A program made the translations under genes and the position numbers. A stretch of 27,778 nucleotides of DNA from a virus (lineage: Duplodnaviria; Caudoviricetes), in the IMG/VR virus record IMGVR_UViG_3300020045_001131, positions 1 to 27,778 of that record, one strand, 5' to 3'. Below the pieces are notes generated by a model, which worked only from the letters and a program-made list of their open reading frames with translations, was not told the origin of the DNA and did no database searches. Shown here in pieces: positions 24,379 through 27,778 of this stretch. The first letter of the stretch is position 1. Every line of letters begins with the position of its first letter.

Positions 24379-25013
24379 TAGAACGGCAAATCGCTATCAA
24401 TATCGTCATTGCCAGGAGTATATCCAGCGCCTAATGACTGTTTGTTTGATCTGCGGTCGTTAATTGGCCTAGCCATTAAAGAAACAACCATTTTCCCCAG
24501 TTTTTCAGGAACTGTTGCTTTGTCTAATATTTCGCTTGCAGTAAGCTCAGAATCAGCCTCAAACACGCCATAAATAATTACCCTGTCATTTGGCTTGGTG
24601 TCGTCTTTTGGATTGTCTGAAAGCTCCTGCTGCAACAAGAAGCCTATTCTTTTACCAATAAGAGATGGGTATCCATCAACATTTGCTTTGTAAGTGGTCT
24701 TTGCCTCCTTATCCCACTTTTCAACATCAATCTTGCCTTCTTTGACTTCTCTGGTGCGCGTGCAGCACAAGATAGCCTGAACAGTAGAATTGCTTGGCAG
24801 TGTTTCGCCTTTTGCATTTTTTGTGTAAAGGTCAAGATAGTTAGCCGTTGCGCCGTCATCAGTTTTAAAAGATATGCCGATGCCTTGCGTATTGTTTTGG
24901 CTAAGCAGCTTTTCAGCGCGTGTAATTGTTCCAATATATTTACCTGCTACTCGAATAGCTTGATTAAGTCTGTCTGCTTGCCTTGCTTCGTCTGCGTTAA
25001 ATGTTAAGTCCAT
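24378..25013 (-). CDS. Putative single-stranded DNA-binding protein (DUF669-like)
   Basis: GKYIGTITRAE, LIGKRIG and acidic tail NDDIDSDLPF. Immediately downstream of the Sak4-like ATPase. Confidence 0.7.
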   Translation of the reverse strand: MDLTFNADEARQADRLNQAIRVAGKYIGTITRAEKLLSQNNTQGIGISFKTDDGATANYLDLYTKNAKGETLPSNSTVQAILCCTRTREVKEGKIDVEKWDKEAKTTYKANVDGYPSLIGKRIGFLLQQELSDNPKDDTKPNDRVIIYGVFEADSELTASEILDKATVPEKLGKMVVSLMARPINDRRSNKQSLGAGYTPGNDDIDSDLPF

Positions 25014-25024
25014 GATAAGTCCCT

Positions 25025-25660
25025 TTAAGATTGATAGTAGTCAACTATGGCTTTATCGACCGCCATAAGGTCGTTTTCAATAAACAAGTCGTTAAACATC
25101 CCCATTGGGGTTTTACATGTATCTTGTCCATTGTTTTGGGTGCTGAATACATATTGCTCATTGATAATCTGTGATCGCAAAACAATAGTAAACATACCTT
25201 CAACCGTTATTACTTGGTCAAGCATCTTGCCAATGGTTTTGGCTTTTATTTTTCCTTGCTCATCGTTTTCAGTGTGACTTAATATATAAACACGCTTACC
25301 TTCTGCCATCTGGTTTGCCATGTTTAGAATATTCCAAGCATTCTTTCCTATATCAGTAAATTTGTCATATCCGCGCTCATTACTTCTGCGCATAAACTCA
25401 TTGCTCATGACATACTGAAAGTCATCAATTACAACAATGTCACGCTTGGTATTTGCCATTGCATGACAAATCGAATCTGCATTGTCAGTTTGATATATAT
25501 TGCCTGATGGATTTTCTTTAGTGACAATTGTCCATTTAGAACGGAAAGGCAGTGGTTTCTTTACTGCTTGTATCAATAAAGTGTTTTCTGGCTCCATGTT
25601 GCGAAGGCTTGCGGACTTTCCTGTACCTGATTGCCCTAGTATTAACGTCGATATGCTCAT
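25025..25660 (-). CDS. AAA_24-family ATPase (Sak4-like recombination protein)
   Basis: Walker A GQSGTGKS, Walker B IVVIDD(FQY), GYDKF, KTIGKMLD, KTPMGMF. Confidence 0.85.
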   Translation of the reverse strand: MSISTLILGQSGTGKSASLRNMEPENTLLIQAVKKPLPFRSKWTIVTKENPSGNIYQTDNADSICHAMANTKRDIVVIDDFQYVMSNEFMRRSNERGYDKFTDIGKNAWNILNMANQMAEGKRVYILSHTENDEQGKIKAKTIGKMLDQVITVEGMFTIVLRSQIINEQYVFSTQNNGQDTCKTPMGMFNDLFIENDLMAVDKAIVDYYQS

Positions 25661-25732
25661 TTAAATCTCCTTTAGTCATTAAGTCGTAAAGTTCCTGTTG
25701 TCCTACTGTAAAATGATATGCAGCGTCCATGA

Positions 25733-26902
25733 TTAAAGCGGCTCACCTGTAACTTGCTCACCTAGACTGCAAATCAAATCAAATAAGTAAGTTTGAAATG
25801 CGTAGGTTTCATCTTGGAAGCCTTCTTTTAGGTGTAAGTATTCTTCAAGCAATGTTGCTGCTACCTGTTTTGTGCCTTGCATAAATACACGTTTAGCAAT
25901 GTATATCTTTTCGTTGTATGCTTGGCCTAGTATGTTTTCACCTAGGAACTCGCTAACAATGATTGGATAGCTATCAACCTCAAAGCCAATGCCACGATTA
26001 AATGCGATAGCTTTTTGTAGCATCTTTTGTTCGACAACCGTTAGCGTACCTTTCGCGCTGTCAGTCATAGCTTCCATGATGTACTCACGGCACATTTTAC
26101 GCGCTGATTTGTTCATGCGATGGTCAAGGCTCTTTGCCATTGATTTGCATGTTTGCATAAATAACTCCGAGCCGTCACTTGAATAGTCAAACTGATTCTC
26201 AAATTTATCATCGCCAGCTATAAGCGCGTTTTTTATGATATTTGCATCGGCATGGTGCGATATGGCTTTCATTGCGTAGTGTGTAGCCATAAATGAATGC
26301 TTGAGCGTTCTGTCCTCAGTTAAGTCAACATGCGACTTAATGTCGTATGTATATAGAGATGGGCGAGATAGCTGCATAACACGAATGCCGCGATAGTAAA
26401 TAAAGTCTGATTCGCCTTGGTGAATATCAGCATAGCTTGACTCAATGATCGGCTTTGAGTTAAGAATAATCTCATGCTTCATTGCCCATACTGAATCCAA
26501 TTTTGAACCACTGATAGCAATAACGGTATCGCTTTCAGATGCATCAAAACTATTGGCTTGATAGATAGTGCCGCCTTCATCCGTACAATTGCAGTACAGC
26601 TCACGGAATGCTTGCCATAACTCCCAATTCTTGCCAAGCTCAGTAGTAAAAGCCAAAGCCTCGCCGTTCATGGTAATAAAAGTAAATTCATCAACACGTA
26701 CAGTTTGCCGCTTTGTGCTAAATTCATACTTCTTGCCGCCAGTGTGGATTGTGATTTCGCAACCTTCTCGCATGAGTATTGCGATAGCGTATTTTAGACC
26801 TGTGCCAAAATAGCCAATTGCAGAATCGTTTTCTTTAGATGAAACGCCAAAAGTTGTGATGCTTTTGATGTCGATATTGCCTGAGTTTTTAAAAACTATC
26901 AT
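25733..26902 (-). CDS. GHKL/HATPase-like ATPase with C-terminal zincin-like segment
   Basis: GVSSK..IGYFGTGLK (ATP lid/G2 box), RELYCNCTDE (N-box-like), LLEEYLH. AAGGA RBS. Confidence 0.7.
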   Translation of the reverse strand: MIVFKNSGNIDIKSITTFGVSSKENDSAIGYFGTGLKYAIAILMREGCEITIHTGGKKYEFSTKRQTVRVDEFTFITMNGEALAFTTELGKNWELWQAFRELYCNCTDEGGTIYQANSFDASESDTVIAISGSKLDSVWAMKHEIILNSKPIIESSYADIHQGESDFIYYRGIRVMQLSRPSLYTYDIKSHVDLTEDRTLKHSFMATHYAMKAISHHADANIIKNALIAGDDKFENQFDYSSDGSELFMQTCKSMAKSLDHRMNKSARKMCREYIMEAMTDSAKGTLTVVEQKMLQKAIAFNRGIGFEVDSYPIIVSEFLGENILGQAYNEKIYIAKRVFMQGTKQVAATLLEEYLHLKEGFQDETYAFQTYLFDLICSLGEQVTGEPL

Positions 26903-27015
26903 TAGAGTATCCTTGTACGATGTTGAGTGAGTATGTCAGCTAATTAGTGGTACAAGCACCAATTACTTGCGTGCACTCCTGCAACTGACAGTTAAACTTT
27001 ATAACAAAACGACTT

Positions 27016-27067
27016 TAACTGCAACAACAATTCGGTAGCGCCTGTCATAAAAGCGCTCGACCTAATT
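27016..27067 (-). repeat. Intergenic element, copy 2 (AGGTCGAGCGCTT-N12-CTACC-N11-GCAGTTA)
   Basis: Same blocks and nearly the same spacing as 22568-22618. Confidence 0.6.
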
Positions 27068-27205
27068 TTAAAGATAATAGCCTTTATGCACTGATACAAA
27101 GTTTCTATACATAAACGCTAAGTTGTCATCTCTAATACTTTTACGAATCCTTGCCTTCATCTGATCGCATGTTTCTGGTGCAAATAGGTTATGTAGCCAG
27201 TTCAT
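27068..27205 (-). CDS. 45-aa hypothetical protein (not in the ORF track)
   Basis: MNWLHNLFAPETCDQMKARIRKSIRDDNLAFMYRNFVSVHKGYYL with AGGAG RBS. Confidence 0.5.
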   Translation of the reverse strand: MNWLHNLFAPETCDQMKARIRKSIRDDNLAFMYRNFVSVHKGYYL

Positions 27206-27304
27206 TTCATTCTCCTAATTAACTGCACTCCCAAAATAGAAGTGCTTGGTTTTGGTACATTAGATTAGTGGTCTATTTAGAGGCGCTACCGTACTCACGG
27301 GCAC

Positions 27305-27499
27305 TTAACTAAACATCTCGCAGCCCGCCTTAACATGTGCGTTGTCGCAAGGAGGCTGCTTCTGTGGAGAATGTGAACGAATAAAAGCTATTGCCTCGCT
27401 AATTGTGTCGTAATCGCCTTCAAACATTACCGATGTACGTGCGTCATTTTTCATGCGCGATTGAAAACTCATTAAGTGTGCTATTAACTGATTGCTCAT
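27305..27499 (-). CDS. Hypothetical protein
   Basis: GGGAG RBS and ATGA overlap with the upstream peptide. Confidence 0.55.
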   Translation of the reverse strand: MSNQLIAHLMSFQSRMKNDARTSVMFEGDYDTISEAIAFIRSHSPQKQPPCDNAHVKAGCEMFS

Positions 27500-27585
27500 A
27501 TAAATCTCCCGAATAAATAAACTAGTAAAACTACGAATGCAACATCGCCTAATGCGATGAAAATTGACTCAATCAGCAACCTCAT
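27496..27585 (-). CDS. 29-aa hydrophobic peptide (not in the ORF track)
   Basis: MRLLIESIFIALGDVAFVVLLVYLFGRFI. AAGGA RBS, ATGA overlap with the next gene. Confidence 0.5.
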   Translation of the reverse strand: MRLLIESIFIALGDVAFVVLLVYLFGRFI

Positions 27586-27598
27586 AACTATCCTTTCA

Positions 27599-27766
27599 TT
27601 AAAAAGACTGTGTAGCTAATATAAATACTATCCCACACATCCCAGCCACCATCACACACAACACAAACACCTCAAGCTTACTTGGCACATACTCAGGTCT
27701 ATCATAATGCTCATAGTGAGTAGGTTCGATCTGGTGGCGCATATTGACTATGGTGGTTTGTTTCAT
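27599..27766 (-). CDS. 55-aa protein with C-terminal TM segment (not in the ORF track)
   Basis: MKQTTIVN..SKLEVFVLCVMVAGMCGIVFILATQSF with GAGGG RBS. Confidence 0.55.
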   Translation of the reverse strand: MKQTTIVNMRHQIEPTHYEHYDRPEYVPSKLEVFVLCVMVAGMCGIVFILATQSF

Positions 27767-27778
27767 TTTGCCCTCGCT

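Noticed and set aside
25536-25730. 64-aa ORF between the GHKL and Sak4-like genes
   Set aside because: The start position is plausible, but it overlaps the ATPase by 125 nt and has no motif. Left uncalled.
26991-27067. Integron attC-like reading of the TAAC/GTTA boxes in the repeated element
   Set aside because: No paired R''/R' boxes with the extended internal palindrome, and no integron integrase.
1-27778. tRNA genes, CRISPR arrays, integrase/att sites, reverse transcriptase or DGR repeats
   Set aside because: None was recognised by eye. The window alone cannot show whether this is a prophage or a free phage.

Overview
This 27.8-kb window is a piece of a tailed dsDNA phage or prophage of a Gram-negative host, with podovirus-type gene organisation. 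The + strand (1-18979) is the late operon: terminase large subunit (5'-truncated), P22-like portal, scaffold, N4-gp56-type major capsid, probable decoration protein, adaptor, nozzle, ejection proteins, tail fibre and lectin-like proteins, and a holin candidate. The - strand (19102-27766) converges on it and carries embedded Rz/Rz1 spanins, a truncated M15 peptidase, an HNH-AP2 endonuclease, many small early genes, a Sak4-like/SSB-like pair and a GHKL-type ATPase. The best candidate for an undescribed system is a TPR-glycosyltransferase (FlmG/FlbA-like architecture) plus a SAM methyltransferase and an AT-hook peptide, all placed inside the head module. Neighbouring virion proteins share a recurring x-S-A-T motif, which suggests phage-encoded virion O-glycosylation. 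Other leads are a GHKL ATPase with permuted motif order, a promoter-driven structured RNA candidate at the convergence point, a split and inverted lysis cassette, CGUWA-loop hairpins before the scaffold and capsid genes, and a repeated intergenic element in the early arm. All calls come from motif recognition by eye; no searches were run.
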